This document shows, in pieces, positions 51,438-62,125 of a DNA stretch of 64,000 bases (its first letter is position 1; each line of letters starts with the position of its first letter). The stretch comes from an uncultured Bacteroidales bacterium. GTDB lineage: Bacteria; Bacteroidota; Bacteroidia; Bacteroidales; VadinHA17. A program made the translations under genes and the position numbers. The notes under the pieces were generated by a model. That model was given only the letters and a program-made list of their open reading frames with translations, did no database searches and was not told the DNA's origin. Location: contig CAWBQN010000018.1 of assembly GCA_963791065.1 (NCBI GenBank), forward strand, positions 269,697 to 333,696, in the 5' to 3' direction.

Positions 51438-53552
51438 ATGGCAGCAAGGGATGAAATAGTATGGCGTGGCGCACTGGTATATTTTGTACTGGGATTACTG
51501 GCTCTGACCTTACTTGTACGCATCCTTATACTGCAATATATTCAGCGAGGCAAATGGGCTGATATGGGGGAAAAGTTTGTTTTCAAGACCGGAGAGATGC
51601 AGGCAAACAGAGGCGATATACTTACAAGCGACGGACGCCTGCTGGCAAGTTCGGTCCCATATTATACTATTTATATGGATACCCGAAGCAGCGGTATGTT
51701 ATCTTCTACATGGTCGGACGGAATTAACGGATTATCGGCTGGTCTGGCTAAGTTCTTAGGTGTAAGGTCAGCTGCAGGCTGGAAATCAGCCATCTCTGAA
51801 GCCCGAAGAAAAGGCGACCGTTATTTCCTCATTCAGAGAAAGGTTAATTATGAAACACTTAAGAGACTGAAGGAACTGCCGATATTCAGGGAAGGACAAT
51901 TCAGGGGAGGCATGGTAGCTCAGGCTGAGAACCGGAGGATCCTGCCAAACAGCGACCTCGCGTCACGTACCATTGGCTATCTTAATCTGGGTAGTGAAGG
52001 CAATGAGGTAGGGGTAGAAGGAGCTTTTGATAAGGATCTTGCAGGGAAGAACGGGGTTGCAGTTAAACAAAGACTTACCGGTGGCGACTGGATAACAGTC
52101 GATGGTCCGAACAGTGTCGAATCACGTGATGGTAATGACGTTGTAACTACTCTTGATCTTGATCTGCAGGATGTTGCATCTACTGCACTTTTGGGTCAGC
52201 TCAGGAAGAACGGCGCTGATCACGGCTGTGCAGTGCTCATGGAGGTTTCGACAGGATATATTAAAGCAATTGCTAACCTGGGTCTGCAAAGCGATGGCGA
52301 TTTTCACGAATCCTACAATTATGCAATAGGTGAAAGCACTGAACCGGGTTCAACCTTCAAGCTGGCGTCTCTTATGGCCGCTATTGAAGATGGTGTGATC
52401 GATACTGGTGATTATGTCGACACTGGTACCGGAAGCATTAAGTTCTATAACCAGATTATCAGGGATACAAAGGAGGGCGGCAATGGTAAAATTACCGTCA
52501 AGCAGGTATTTGAAAAATCATCGAATGTGGGAACTTCCAAATTGATCTACGATCATTATAAAGACCATCCTAAAGATTTTGTAAACAGGCTTTATGCAAT
52601 GAGACTGAATAAGCCTCTTGGTCTGCAAATAAGAGGAGAAGGGGAACCTCTTATCAGATATCCCGGTGACAAGTTATGGTCAGGGATTTCGCTCCCGATG
52701 ATGTCTCATGGTTATGAAGTACAGCTGACACCTTTACAGACACTGACCTTCTACAACGCTGTGGCAAATAATGGCAAAATGATGCGTCCGCTCTTCGTGA
52801 ATGCGATTATGCGAAACGGAAGTGTGATCAAAACCTATGAACCCGAAGTCATTATCAACTCAATTGCCTCGAGATCAACAATACGAAAAGCAAAAAAAAT
52901 GATGGAAGGTGTTGTTGAGAATGGGACCGCCACTAATCTCAAAAATCCTAACTATAAAATTGCAGGAAAAACAGGAACAGCACAGATAGCCAGGGACAAA
53001 TATGGGTATAAAACCGGGGCAAAAATATCCTACCAGGCCTCTTTTGTCGGATATTTCCCTGCTGAGAACCCTCTCTATTCCTGCATTGTTGTGGTTAATT
53101 CTCCCTCGAATGGAGTTTATTACGGTAATGTGGTTGCAGGAACTGTTTTTAAAGAGATCTCCGACAAGGTATATGCAACAAGATTTTTCAGGGATTACAA
53201 ACCTGAAAATAAAGATGATATAAAGCCGTCTGCACCGGATGCCGGGAATGGATACAGGGCTGATATAAATCAGGTGCTTAAAAACCTTGATGTCAGGTAT
53301 CGCAGGACTGCGGATGATGACTGGGTCGCAACGCATGAGAGCGGGGATACCGTCAGGCTTTCAGGAGTAAAAATCCAGCCGGGTCTGGTACCTGATGTGA
53401 GAGGGATGAGTCTGCGCGATGCTATCTACCTTCTCGAGAATACGGGACTAAGAGTAAAATACAGTGGTAAAGGAAGAGTGCTCAGGCAATCTCCTGAACA
53501 CGGAGCCAGATATAATGAAGGTATGGTTGTCACTCTGGAGATGAATATGTAA
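51438..53552 (+). CDS. ftsI: Class B penicillin-binding protein (FtsI/PBP3) with PASTA domain
   Basis: RG.I...DG, EPGSTFK, SSN, KTGT, C-terminal VPDVRGM. Confidence 0.93.
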   Translation: MAARDEIVWRGALVYFVLGLLALTLLVRILILQYIQRGKWADMGEKFVFKTGEMQANRGDILTSDGRLLASSVPYYTIYMDTRSSGMLSSTWSDGINGLSAGLAKFLGVRSAAGWKSAISEARRKGDRYFLIQRKVNYETLKRLKELPIFREGQFRGGMVAQAENRRILPNSDLASRTIGYLNLGSEGNEVGVEGAFDKDLAGKNGVAVKQRLTGGDWITVDGPNSVESRDGNDVVTTLDLDLQDVASTALLGQLRKNGADHGCAVLMEVSTGYIKAIANLGLQSDGDFHESYNYAIGESTEPGSTFKLASLMAAIEDGVIDTGDYVDTGTGSIKFYNQIIRDTKEGGNGKITVKQVFEKSSNVGTSKLIYDHYKDHPKDFVNRLYAMRLNKPLGLQIRGEGEPLIRYPGDKLWSGISLPMMSHGYEVQLTPLQTLTFYNAVANNGKMMRPLFVNAIMRNGSVIKTYEPEVIINSIASRSTIRKAKKMMEGVVENGTATNLKNPNYKIAGKTGTAQIARDKYGYKTGAKISYQASFVGYFPAENPLYSCIVVVNSPSNGVYYGNVVAGTVFKEISDKVYATRFFRDYKPENKDDIKPSAPDAGNGYRADINQVLKNLDVRYRRTADDDWVATHESGDTVRLSGVKIQPGLVPDVRGMSLRDAIYLLENTGLRVKYSGKGRVLRQSPEHGARYNEGMVVTLEMNM

Positions 53553-53556
53553 AAAC

Positions 53557-55011
53557 ATGAAGATCGAAGAAATAATAAACGGAATTAATATTGTTTCAGT
53601 CAAAGGAGCAATAGACATTGAGATTTCCAGCGTTGAATTTGATTCGCGAAAGGTAAAAAAGGATTCACTCTTTGTTGCCGTAAAAGGATATAAAACCGAC
53701 GGGCATGATTTTATCGAATCCGCCATAAAGGCTGGTGCCATAGCTGTTATATGCGAATCCATTCCTGACCCTCCCCAAAAAAATATATGCTGGCTAAAAA
53801 CGGATGATTCTGCAAAGGCCCTTGGATTGGCAGCCTCTAACTACTTTGGGAATCCATCATATTCTCTGAAGCTGGTAGGCGTCACCGGGACTAACGGGAA
53901 AACTACAATTGCTACCCTGCTATACAGGATGTTCCTCAGACTGGGATATAAGTGCGGATTGTTTTCAACTGTATGTAATTATATCAATGAAAAGGAATAT
54001 GAGGCAACCCATACAACTCCTGATCCTATCCAGCTAAACAGACTTTTATCAGCTATGGTTGAAGAAGGCTGTGACTATGCATTTATGGAAGTAAGCTCGC
54101 ATTCAGCTGATCAGAAGCGTATAGCCGGCCTGAAATTTGAAGGTGGGATATTCACCAACCTTACGCACGATCATCTTGATTATCATAAGACCTTTGACAA
54201 TTACCTTCTGGCAAAAAAGAGGTTTTTTGATTCACTGCCACAAAGCTCTTTTGCGCTTGTTAATATTGACGACCGTAATGGGAGGGTAATGCTGCAGAAT
54301 TGCCCGGCCCGCCATTATACATTTTCGGTAAGAGGTATGGCTGATTACCGGAGCAATATAATCGAACAGAGTTTTGCGGGAATGGGATTAAAAATCCAGG
54401 GAGAGGAAGTATGGACAAGATTCATAGGTGATTTCAACGCCTCAAATCTGCTTGCAGTATATGCTGCTTCGGAGCTTTTGGGAGCTCCTAAAAATGAGAT
54501 ACTTACAGTTCTCAGTGATCTTCATGCTGTTGCAGGCCGACTTGAAGTAATCAAATCCCCCGGGGGAATTTCGGGGATAGTCGACTATGCCCATACGCCT
54601 GATGCTCTGCTAAATGTTATAGATACTATTAATAAGATCCGCGAAGGCAGTGTTCAGCTTATTACAGTTGTCGGAGCCGGTGGGGACCGCGACCGTACGA
54701 AGCGTCCAAAAATGGCAGCAATTTGTGCCGAAGGAAGTACGAAAGTGATCCTCACTTCAGATAATCCCAGGACTGAAGATCCTGAAAAAATAATTGACGA
54801 GATGGAAGCCGGGATAACTCCTGAACTCAAAAGAAAAGTTCTCAGAATTACTGACAGGCATGTTGCAATCAAGACTGCAGTAATGATGGCGAATGAGGGC
54901 GATGTGATACTCATTGCGGGTAAGGGACATGAGACATACCAGGATATTATGGGAGTGAAAAATCACTTCGACGACAGGGAAGAACTGAAAAATGCATTGT
55001 TACTTAAATAA
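53557..55011 (+). CDS. murE: UDP-MurNAc-tripeptide synthetase (meso-DAP ligase)
   Basis: GTNGKTT, HTTPD, MEVSSH, DHLDYH, DYAHTPD, DNPR. Confidence 0.96.
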   Translation: MKIEEIINGINIVSVKGAIDIEISSVEFDSRKVKKDSLFVAVKGYKTDGHDFIESAIKAGAIAVICESIPDPPQKNICWLKTDDSAKALGLAASNYFGNPSYSLKLVGVTGTNGKTTIATLLYRMFLRLGYKCGLFSTVCNYINEKEYEATHTTPDPIQLNRLLSAMVEEGCDYAFMEVSSHSADQKRIAGLKFEGGIFTNLTHDHLDYHKTFDNYLLAKKRFFDSLPQSSFALVNIDDRNGRVMLQNCPARHYTFSVRGMADYRSNIIEQSFAGMGLKIQGEEVWTRFIGDFNASNLLAVYAASELLGAPKNEILTVLSDLHAVAGRLEVIKSPGGISGIVDYAHTPDALLNVIDTINKIREGSVQLITVVGAGGDRDRTKRPKMAAICAEGSTKVILTSDNPRTEDPEKIIDEMEAGITPELKRKVLRITDRHVAIKTAVMMANEGDVILIAGKGHETYQDIMGVKNHFDDREELKNALLLK

Positions 55012-55022
55012 AAAGAAGATAA

Positions 55023-56279
55023 ATGCTTTACTATTTATTTAATTATCTTGATACAATTAATTTCCCCGGCGCACGGTTATTTACATTCATCTCCTTCAGG
55101 TCAGCTGCTGCAGTAATTACCTCGCTGATCATTTCACTTCTGATAGGCAAGAGGATCATTCTGTATCTGCAGAAAAAGCAGGTGGGAGAAGTGGTCAGGA
55201 ACCTGGGTCTCGAAGGACAGTATAAAAAAGAGGGAACGCCTTCAATGGGAGGGGTTATAATTATTGCATCAATAATAATACCGACTCTTTTATTCGCAAA
55301 GCTTGGAAATGTTTACATCATTCTGATGCTGATAACAACTGTCTGGCTTGGACTAATCGGTTTTCTGGATGATTATATAAAGATCTTTAGAAAAAACAAA
55401 GAGGGTCTGGCAGGGAAGTTTAAAATAGCAGGTCAGATTGTTCTGGGCATTATTGTCGGGTTAACACTCTTTTTTAGCAGTGAAGTCAAGATTGCAGAAA
55501 AAGTAGATGTTGCCAGTCTTACATTAAGGGAAAGACATGAGATGATCGACACTTCAGTGCCGATACCGGAACAGGGAGTGATAACGATGGAGAAAAAATC
55601 AACCAAAACAACTATCCCTTTTGTAAAAAATAATGAATTCGATTATGCCTGGCTGGTATCATTTATCGGTGAAAAATACAGGCGGCCTTTTACCTGGATT
55701 GCCTTCGTAATAATAGTAATATTCATAGTCACCTCAGTTTCAAATGGTGCCAACCTGACTGACGGACTCGACGGACTGGCGACCGGCACTTCAGCAATTA
55801 TGGGTACAGCGCTGGCAATACTAGCTTATGTATCCAGTAATATAATCTATGCTAACTATCTGAATATAATGTATATTCCAGGTTCTGAGGAACTTGTTAT
55901 CTATGCGAGTGCTTTTATCGGAGCCACTATCGGTTTCCTGTGGTACAATTCATACCCGGCCCAGGTTTTTATGGGTGATACGGGTAGTCTTGCCCTGGGG
56001 GGGATAATTGCTGTATTTGCATTTATTATCAGAAAGGAACTCCTGATACCAGTGCTTTGCGGGATATTCCTGGTTGAAAACCTGTCAGTTGTATTACAGG
56101 TGAGCTGGTTTAAACATACAAGGAGAAAGTATGGTACGGGAAGGAGGATTTTCCTGATGGCCCCGCTTCACCATCATTATCAGAAAAAAGGATTTCCTGA
56201 ACCGAAGATTGTCACACGGTTCTGGATAGTAGCTATAATATTGGCAGTAATAAGTATTGTGACGCTTAAGATAAGATAA
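55023..56279 (+). CDS. mraY: Phospho-MurNAc-pentapeptide transferase
   Basis: [34 protein letters not shown]. Confidence 0.96.
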   Translation: MLYYLFNYLDTINFPGARLFTFISFRSAAAVITSLIISLLIGKRIILYLQKKQVGEVVRNLGLEGQYKKEGTPSMGGVIIIASIIIPTLLFAKLGNVYIILMLITTVWLGLIGFLDDYIKIFRKNKEGLAGKFKIAGQIVLGIIVGLTLFFSSEVKIAEKVDVASLTLRERHEMIDTSVPIPEQGVITMEKKSTKTTIPFVKNNEFDYAWLVSFIGEKYRRPFTWIAFVIIVIFIVTSVSNGANLTDGLDGLATGTSAIMGTALAILAYVSSNIIYANYLNIMYIPGSEELVIYASAFIGATIGFLWYNSYPAQVFMGDTGSLALGGIIAVFAFIIRKELLIPVLCGIFLVENLSVVLQVSWFKHTRRKYGTGRRIFLMAPLHHHYQKKGFPEPKIVTRFWIVAIILAVISIVTLKIR

Positions 56280-56282
56280 AGA

Positions 56283-57620
56283 ATGATAAAGAAAATCGTA
56301 ATACTGGGAGCAGGTGAAAGTGGTACGGGATCAGCAGTGCTTGCACAAAAAAATGGATTTGATGTGTTTGTTTCCGATCAGGGTCAGGTAAAGGAAAATT
56401 ATAGGGAAATCCTTGAAAACCACAAGATTAAATGGGAGGAAGGAAGTCACAATGAAACTATTATACTTTCGGCCGATGAAGTAATTAAGAGCCCGGGGAT
56501 CCACGAGGATGCTCCGATAATTACAAAGATCCGTGGGAAGGGTATTCCTGTCATATCCGAGATTGAGTTCGCGGGAAGGTATGCTAAAGGAATAAAGATA
56601 TGTATCACAGGAAGCAATGGCAAAACAACTGTGACCAATCTCATCTACCATATTCTGAAAAAAGCCGGGAAAAATGCCGCAATGACAGGCAACGTTGGCA
56701 ATAGTTTTGCAATGGCGGTTGCCGAAGGCTCCTATGATTACTATGTGATCGAGCTAAGCAGTTTTCAGCTGGACGGGATGTATGAATTCAAAGCCGATAT
56801 TGCTGTGTTGTTGAATATTACTCCTGATCATCTCGACAGATATGATCATAAATTTCAGAATTATATAGATTCCAAGCTAAGGGTAACACAGAACCAGGGT
56901 AACGATGATTTTCTTATTTACTGGGATGGTGATCCGGTCATAAAAAATGAATTATCGAAAAAGAAATATAATATGAAACTGTTGCCTTTCTCAGATGAAA
57001 AAACCGAAGGCATGACCGCTTATATTGATAACAACGAATTGATTATTGATTACCAAAATAAAATCAACCTTATGACTATTCATGATTTTGCGCTCAAAGG
57101 GCGTCACAATACCTACAATTCAATGGCAGCCGCCATTGCAGGGAAAATCCTAAATATCCGCAAAGAGGTCATCAGAGAAAGTCTGGCTGATTTTCAGGGG
57201 GTTGAGCACCGGCTCGAGCCAGTCATAACGGTCTGTGGAGTCAATTTCATAAACGACTCAAAAGCTACAAATGTAAATTCGACATGGTATGCCATTGAGT
57301 GTATGGAAACCAATATAGTATGGATCGTGGGAGGGGTTGATAAGGGGAATGATTATTCAGAGCTTTTTCCTGTGGTCAAAAAGAAAGTCAGGGCCATTGT
57401 GTGCCTGGGAAAGGATAATAAAAAGATAATAGAAGCTTTCAAGGATAAAGTTACGACCATTGTGGAGACCACTTCTATGGAAGAAGCTGTAAGATCATCT
57501 TATTACCTGGCAAAGAAGGGGGAAACTGTATTGCTGTCACCCGCCTGCGCAAGTTTTGATCTGTTCAAGAATTATGAAGACAGGGGTCGTCAATTCAAGA
57601 AGGCTGTACGGGATCTTTAA
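56283..57620 (+). CDS. murD: UDP-MurNAc-L-Ala--D-Glu ligase
   Basis: GSNGKTT, ELSSFQL, PDHLDR, NDSKATN, SPACASFD. Confidence 0.96.
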   Translation: MIKKIVILGAGESGTGSAVLAQKNGFDVFVSDQGQVKENYREILENHKIKWEEGSHNETIILSADEVIKSPGIHEDAPIITKIRGKGIPVISEIEFAGRYAKGIKICITGSNGKTTVTNLIYHILKKAGKNAAMTGNVGNSFAMAVAEGSYDYYVIELSSFQLDGMYEFKADIAVLLNITPDHLDRYDHKFQNYIDSKLRVTQNQGNDDFLIYWDGDPVIKNELSKKKYNMKLLPFSDEKTEGMTAYIDNNELIIDYQNKINLMTIHDFALKGRHNTYNSMAAAIAGKILNIRKEVIRESLADFQGVEHRLEPVITVCGVNFINDSKATNVNSTWYAIECMETNIVWIVGGVDKGNDYSELFPVVKKKVRAIVCLGKDNKKIIEAFKDKVTTIVETTSMEEAVRSSYYLAKKGETVLLSPACASFDLFKNYEDRGRQFKKAVRDL

Positions 57621-57633
57621 AAAACACTGATCA

Positions 57634-58845
57634 ATGCAACAAGGCTGGCTTACAAAGACATTTAAAGGAGACAGGGCAATATGGGGCCTTGTAGCACTTT
57701 TTATGTTCTATTCACTTTTAGCTGTTTACAGCTCATCAGTTGGTGTTGCCTTTATGAAGTATGGAGGAAATACAACTTACTTTCTTAAGAGCCAATTTTT
57801 TATGCTGGCTTTAAGTCTGGTCATTATCGTTGTCGTTCATTACCTGCCATACAGAATCTACTTTTCAATGGCAGGATTGATTCTGATAGGTGCAGTAGGA
57901 TTGCTGGTACTGACTTTTGCATTCGGTTCAAGGGTTAATGAAGCAACGCGATGGATTGTTATTCCGGGGACGGGATTCAAGCTTCAGACATCCGATGTAG
58001 CTAAAGTAGCGCTTGTTTTGTATCTGGCAAGATCACTGGCTAAATACCAGAAAGAACTGAATAATTTCCTGCTGGTCTCAAAATATTTTATACTTCCTGT
58101 AGGGATTGTTTGCGGACTGATCCTGCCCGAAAATCTCTCTACTTCGCTTATGATTTTTGGAATGAGCATGATAATCATGTTCATCGGCAGGGTACCGCTT
58201 AAATTCCTGCTGGCCTATGTGGGTGTCGGGGTTGTGGGAGTACTGCTTTTTGCCATGGTTCTGACAGTCATTAAGAAAGATAACAGGGTACAGGTATGGA
58301 AAAACAGGATTGAACATTTCTTCTCAGGTAAAGGAGATGAAGACGGTGACTATCAGTCGAACCAGGCAAAAATTGCCATCTCAACCGGAGGTTTATTCGG
58401 AAAGGCACCTGGTAAAAGTACTCAGAGAAACATGCTGCCACAATCAAACTCCGACTTCATCTTTGCAATTATCATTGAAGAATACGGACTATTATTCGGC
58501 GCCATCCCCCTTATTTTGGCATATATGATTCTGCTCTTCCGGGGGATCACTATCGCTAAAAAATGTGAAACTGCTTTCCCGGCTTTCCTGGTCCTGGGGC
58601 TGATCGTGATGATCGTCATTCAGGCAATGCTTAACATGATGGTAGCGGTGGGGCTGTTTCCAGTAACCGGACAAACACTGCCTATGGTTAGTTGGGGGAG
58701 AACCTCTGTTCTGGTCATGAGTTTTTCGATTGGAGCGATCCTTAGTGTGAGCAGAGTGGTAAATGCAAGGATTAAAAAGGAAGAACTTCCTGAAGAAGAA
58801 AAATCTGATGAAGGAGAAAAGATTTATGAACCAGCAAAGACATAA
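57634..58845 (+). CDS. ftsW: SEDS peptidoglycan glycosyltransferase FtsW
   Basis: About 10 TM; A.RW, Q.SD.AK, YQ..QA, SDFIF.II.EE.G, TG..LP.VS.G. Confidence 0.93.
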   Translation: MQQGWLTKTFKGDRAIWGLVALFMFYSLLAVYSSSVGVAFMKYGGNTTYFLKSQFFMLALSLVIIVVVHYLPYRIYFSMAGLILIGAVGLLVLTFAFGSRVNEATRWIVIPGTGFKLQTSDVAKVALVLYLARSLAKYQKELNNFLLVSKYFILPVGIVCGLILPENLSTSLMIFGMSMIIMFIGRVPLKFLLAYVGVGVVGVLLFAMVLTVIKKDNRVQVWKNRIEHFFSGKGDEDGDYQSNQAKIAISTGGLFGKAPGKSTQRNMLPQSNSDFIFAIIIEEYGLLFGAIPLILAYMILLFRGITIAKKCETAFPAFLVLGLIVMIVIQAMLNMMVAVGLFPVTGQTLPMVSWGRTSVLVMSFSIGAILSVSRVVNARIKKEELPEEEKSDEGEKIYEPAKT

Positions 58846-59941
58846 AAGGGTGATAATCAGTGGTGGAGGTACAGGCGGACATATATATCCGGCTATATCA
58901 ATTGCCAATGCTCTGAGGAAAATCGACCCTCAGATTGAGATCCTTTTCGTTGGTGCTGAGGGGAGAATGGAAATGGAAAAAATTCCGGATGCCGGTTACA
59001 GGATAATCGGTCTGCCGGTAGCTGGTTTACACAGGAGTCTGTCGTTGAAAAACATTTCAGTATTGATAAAACTTCTTAAGAGTCTTAATAAAGCGAAAAA
59101 GGTTATAAAAGAATTTGGACCTGATGTTGTTGTTGGTGTGGGTGGTTATGCCAGTGGCCCGGTTCTGAGACAGGCAGGCAGAATGGGCATTCCGACTCTT
59201 ATTCAGGAACAGAACAGTTATGCAGGTGTAACAAATAAGCTCCTCGCAAAAAAGGCCGCAACTATCTGTGTTGCATATGATGGAATGGAAAAATATTTTC
59301 CTGCCGGTAAAATAATTAAAACAGGTAATCCTGTCAGGCAAAACTTTGAGAACCTCAGAAGCCTGCAACATGAGGCCCTTTCATTTTTTAATCTTAAAAA
59401 GGAATTCCCGGTAATACTTGTTCTGGGGGGATCGCTGGGAGCCGGAACAATAAATAACAGCCTCTCAGAAAACATAAATAAACTCAGGGACACGGATTGT
59501 CAATGGCTGTGGCAGACCGGGAAATATTACTTTGAAAATGTCAAGGCACTGGTTTCTTTATCTTTCAGCGGGAACATCTCTGTGCATGGATTCATCAACC
59601 GTATGGATTATGCCTATGCTGCTGCGGATATAATAATATCGAGGGCAGGCGCCGGAACTATATCTGAATTATGTCTGGTTGGCAAACCTGCAATTCTGAT
59701 CCCTTCACCCAATGTTGCAGAGGATCATCAGACCAGGAATGCGGAAGCCCTGACTAAAAGGGACGCTGCTTTGCTAATATCAGATAATCAGGCAGTTAAA
59801 ATACTGGTTGATGAAGCTATTAAACTAATATCTGATAAAACCAGAAGAGACATGTTTTCTGAGAACATCCGTAAAATGGCAGACAGGGATGCCGATCTGA
59901 GGATTGCCAGGGAAGTACTTAAGCTTACGAAAAATGATTGA
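58826..59941 (+). CDS. murG: Lipid II GlcNAc transferase
   Basis: GGGTGGH, GGYAS, EQN, GNPVR, GGSLGA, SRAGA, HQ..NA. Confidence 0.96.
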   Translation: MNQQRHKRVIISGGGTGGHIYPAISIANALRKIDPQIEILFVGAEGRMEMEKIPDAGYRIIGLPVAGLHRSLSLKNISVLIKLLKSLNKAKKVIKEFGPDVVVGVGGYASGPVLRQAGRMGIPTLIQEQNSYAGVTNKLLAKKAATICVAYDGMEKYFPAGKIIKTGNPVRQNFENLRSLQHEALSFFNLKKEFPVILVLGGSLGAGTINNSLSENINKLRDTDCQWLWQTGKYYFENVKALVSLSFSGNISVHGFINRMDYAYAAADIIISRAGAGTISELCLVGKPAILIPSPNVAEDHQTRNAEALTKRDAALLISDNQAVKILVDEAIKLISDKTRRDMFSENIRKMADRDADLRIAREVLKLTKND

Positions 59942-61328
59942 TTTCAAAAATATTGAAGGGATTTATTTTGTCGGCATCGGTGGCATCGGCATGAGCGCGC
60001 TTGCACTATATTTTGCCAAAGGAGGCTATTCAATTGCAGGGTATGACAGATCAGAAACTGTGATTTCAGATTCGCTGACTCAAAACGGTTGTGCGGTTAC
60101 TTATAGGGATGATATAAACTTTTTGCCACGATTGTTCAGTAACTCTTCTGATAGAAACAAGGTCATAATTGTCTATACACCCGCAATTCCCGTTGAAAAT
60201 AAAATCCTTTCGTTTTTCAGAAATAATGGCTATCAGATCTATAAGCGATCCGAGATCCTTGGAGAGATATCAAAGAACACCGACACTCTTGCAGTGGCCG
60301 GCACGCATGGAAAAACGACAATTTCGACTATGACAGCTCATCTGCTGAAGCAGTCTTCTATAGATTGTTCTGCCTTTCTTGGCGGAATATCAAAGAACTA
60401 CAATTCAAATCTTCTTATTGGCGACAGCAGGTATACGGTCATGGAAGCAGATGAGTTCGATCGCTCATTCCACCGTCTCAGTCCATTCATAGCAATAGTG
60501 ACGTCTCTCGATGCTGACCACCTTGATATTTATGGCGATCAGAAGACGATGATAGAAGCCTATAATGTATTCTGCAGTAAAATCAGACAGGGAGGCAGCC
60601 TGATTGTCAACAGCGCGATCCGCAAAGAAATTATAGTTCCTGAAGGGGTGACCTTTTATACCTATGGCCTTGACGAGGATGCCGATTTCAGTTCATATGG
60701 TATTATCCATGAAAAGGATTATTATAGATTCAGCATTAAAACACCATCAGGAATAATTGAGGACCTGCATTTTGCGTTCCCGGGAATTATTAATATCGAA
60801 AATTTTACTGCAGCTATTGCCATGGCACATTTGTGTGGTGTGACTGAGCCTGAAATAAGGAAAGCTGTTCTGCTCTTCCAGGGGGTAAAGCGCAGATTTG
60901 ATATAAGGATAAATATACCCGGCCTGGCTTATATTGATGATTATGCTCATCATCCTGAGGAGATCAGAGCATGTATAAAATGCATAAAGGAATTTTTTAC
61001 AGGAAGAAGAATTACAGGGATCTTTCAGCCTCATCTCTTTTCGCGAACCAGGGACCATGCTTCGGGCTTTGCTAAAATCCTGGATGAACTTGACGAAGTC
61101 ATTCTTCTGCCAATTTACCCTGCACGTGAAAAACCTATTGAAGGAGTTACATCGGAACTGATTTTCAATAAAATGCGATCAGGTAACAAGCGGCTGCTGA
61201 TGAAAGAGGACATTCCGGATAAGCTTGACTCTTATAATCTGGATGTGCTGGTTACTATCGGAGCGGGTGATATAGACACCCTTGTTAACCCGATTGAGGA
61301 AAAGCTAAGGAGAGAAAGAATAAAATGA
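59934..61328 (+). CDS. murC: UDP-MurNAc--L-Ala ligase
   Basis: GIGGIGMS, GTHGKTT, EADE, DHLD, DDYAHHP, FQPH..SRT. Confidence 0.96.
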   Translation: MIDFKNIEGIYFVGIGGIGMSALALYFAKGGYSIAGYDRSETVISDSLTQNGCAVTYRDDINFLPRLFSNSSDRNKVIIVYTPAIPVENKILSFFRNNGYQIYKRSEILGEISKNTDTLAVAGTHGKTTISTMTAHLLKQSSIDCSAFLGGISKNYNSNLLIGDSRYTVMEADEFDRSFHRLSPFIAIVTSLDADHLDIYGDQKTMIEAYNVFCSKIRQGGSLIVNSAIRKEIIVPEGVTFYTYGLDEDADFSSYGIIHEKDYYRFSIKTPSGIIEDLHFAFPGIINIENFTAAIAMAHLCGVTEPEIRKAVLLFQGVKRRFDIRINIPGLAYIDDYAHHPEEIRACIKCIKEFFTGRRITGIFQPHLFSRTRDHASGFAKILDELDEVILLPIYPAREKPIEGVTSELIFNKMRSGNKRLLMKEDIPDKLDSYNLDVLVTIGAGDIDTLVNPIEEKLRRERIK

Positions 61329-62113
61329 GGAGGATAATGAAAATATTATTTATCATCCCTGTACTGTATCTGATAGTAATACCAGTCTATATGGCAAGTT
61401 CTACGAGCTCCAGGCCATGTGGAGGAATAGTTATTGACATAAGTGATTCGTCTGATTATCATTTTGTTACAAAAAGACAACTTCTGAATCTTGCATATGG
61501 TAATTCGACCAGGATTGCCGGTAAACCGCTTAAAGAGGTATCAGTTTCGGCTATTGAAAACAGAATAAATGTGCTAAGAGAGCTAAAGAAGGCTGAAGCA
61601 TATATGACTGTTGACGGTTTGGTTCATGTTTATGTTGAACAACGCGTTCCGGTAATGAGAGTCATGCCTGATAACGGCGGAGACTATTTTGTCGATGAAG
61701 ACGGAGTTGTTGTGAGGAAAAGGAACCTTTTTAACCCTCGCCTTCACATAGTCGAAGGTAATGTAAATATTAGCTCAGCAATGCTTAATGGCGTAAGCGT
61801 GCTTGATACTGCTATTAAAAACTCCATCCTGAAAGATATTTATCACCTGGTAACTTATATAAATGATGACAAATTCTGGTCGGCTCAGATCGATCAGATA
61901 GATGTTGACGGTAACGATGAAATTGATCTGATTCCCAGGGCTGGTAATCAGCTGATTCATCTTGGAACCGCCGAAAATTATGAAGGGAAGCTCAGAAACC
62001 TTCAGGCATTTTACGATAAAGTTCTTCCTGAAGTGGGATGGAACAAATATTCATTGATAAATCTTGAATTTAAAGATCAGATAGTTTGCAAAAGAAGAGA
62101 TAATCAGAAATAA
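61325..62113 (+). CDS. ftsQ: Cell division protein FtsQ
   Basis: TM anchor, QR.P..R, W.AQI.QI, Y..INL.F..Q; between murC and ftsA. Confidence 0.87.
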   Translation: MRRIMKILFIIPVLYLIVIPVYMASSTSSRPCGGIVIDISDSSDYHFVTKRQLLNLAYGNSTRIAGKPLKEVSVSAIENRINVLRELKKAEAYMTVDGLVHVYVEQRVPVMRVMPDNGGDYFVDEDGVVVRKRNLFNPRLHIVEGNVNISSAMLNGVSVLDTAIKNSILKDIYHLVTYINDDKFWSAQIDQIDVDGNDEIDLIPRAGNQLIHLGTAENYEGKLRNLQAFYDKVLPEVGWNKYSLINLEFKDQIVCKRRDNQK

Positions 62114-62125
62114 CCATATTAAACG

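Noticed and set aside
53557..61328. murF, murB and ddl missing from the dcw cluster
   Set aside because: Usual gene order for Bacteroidota; these genes are normally elsewhere
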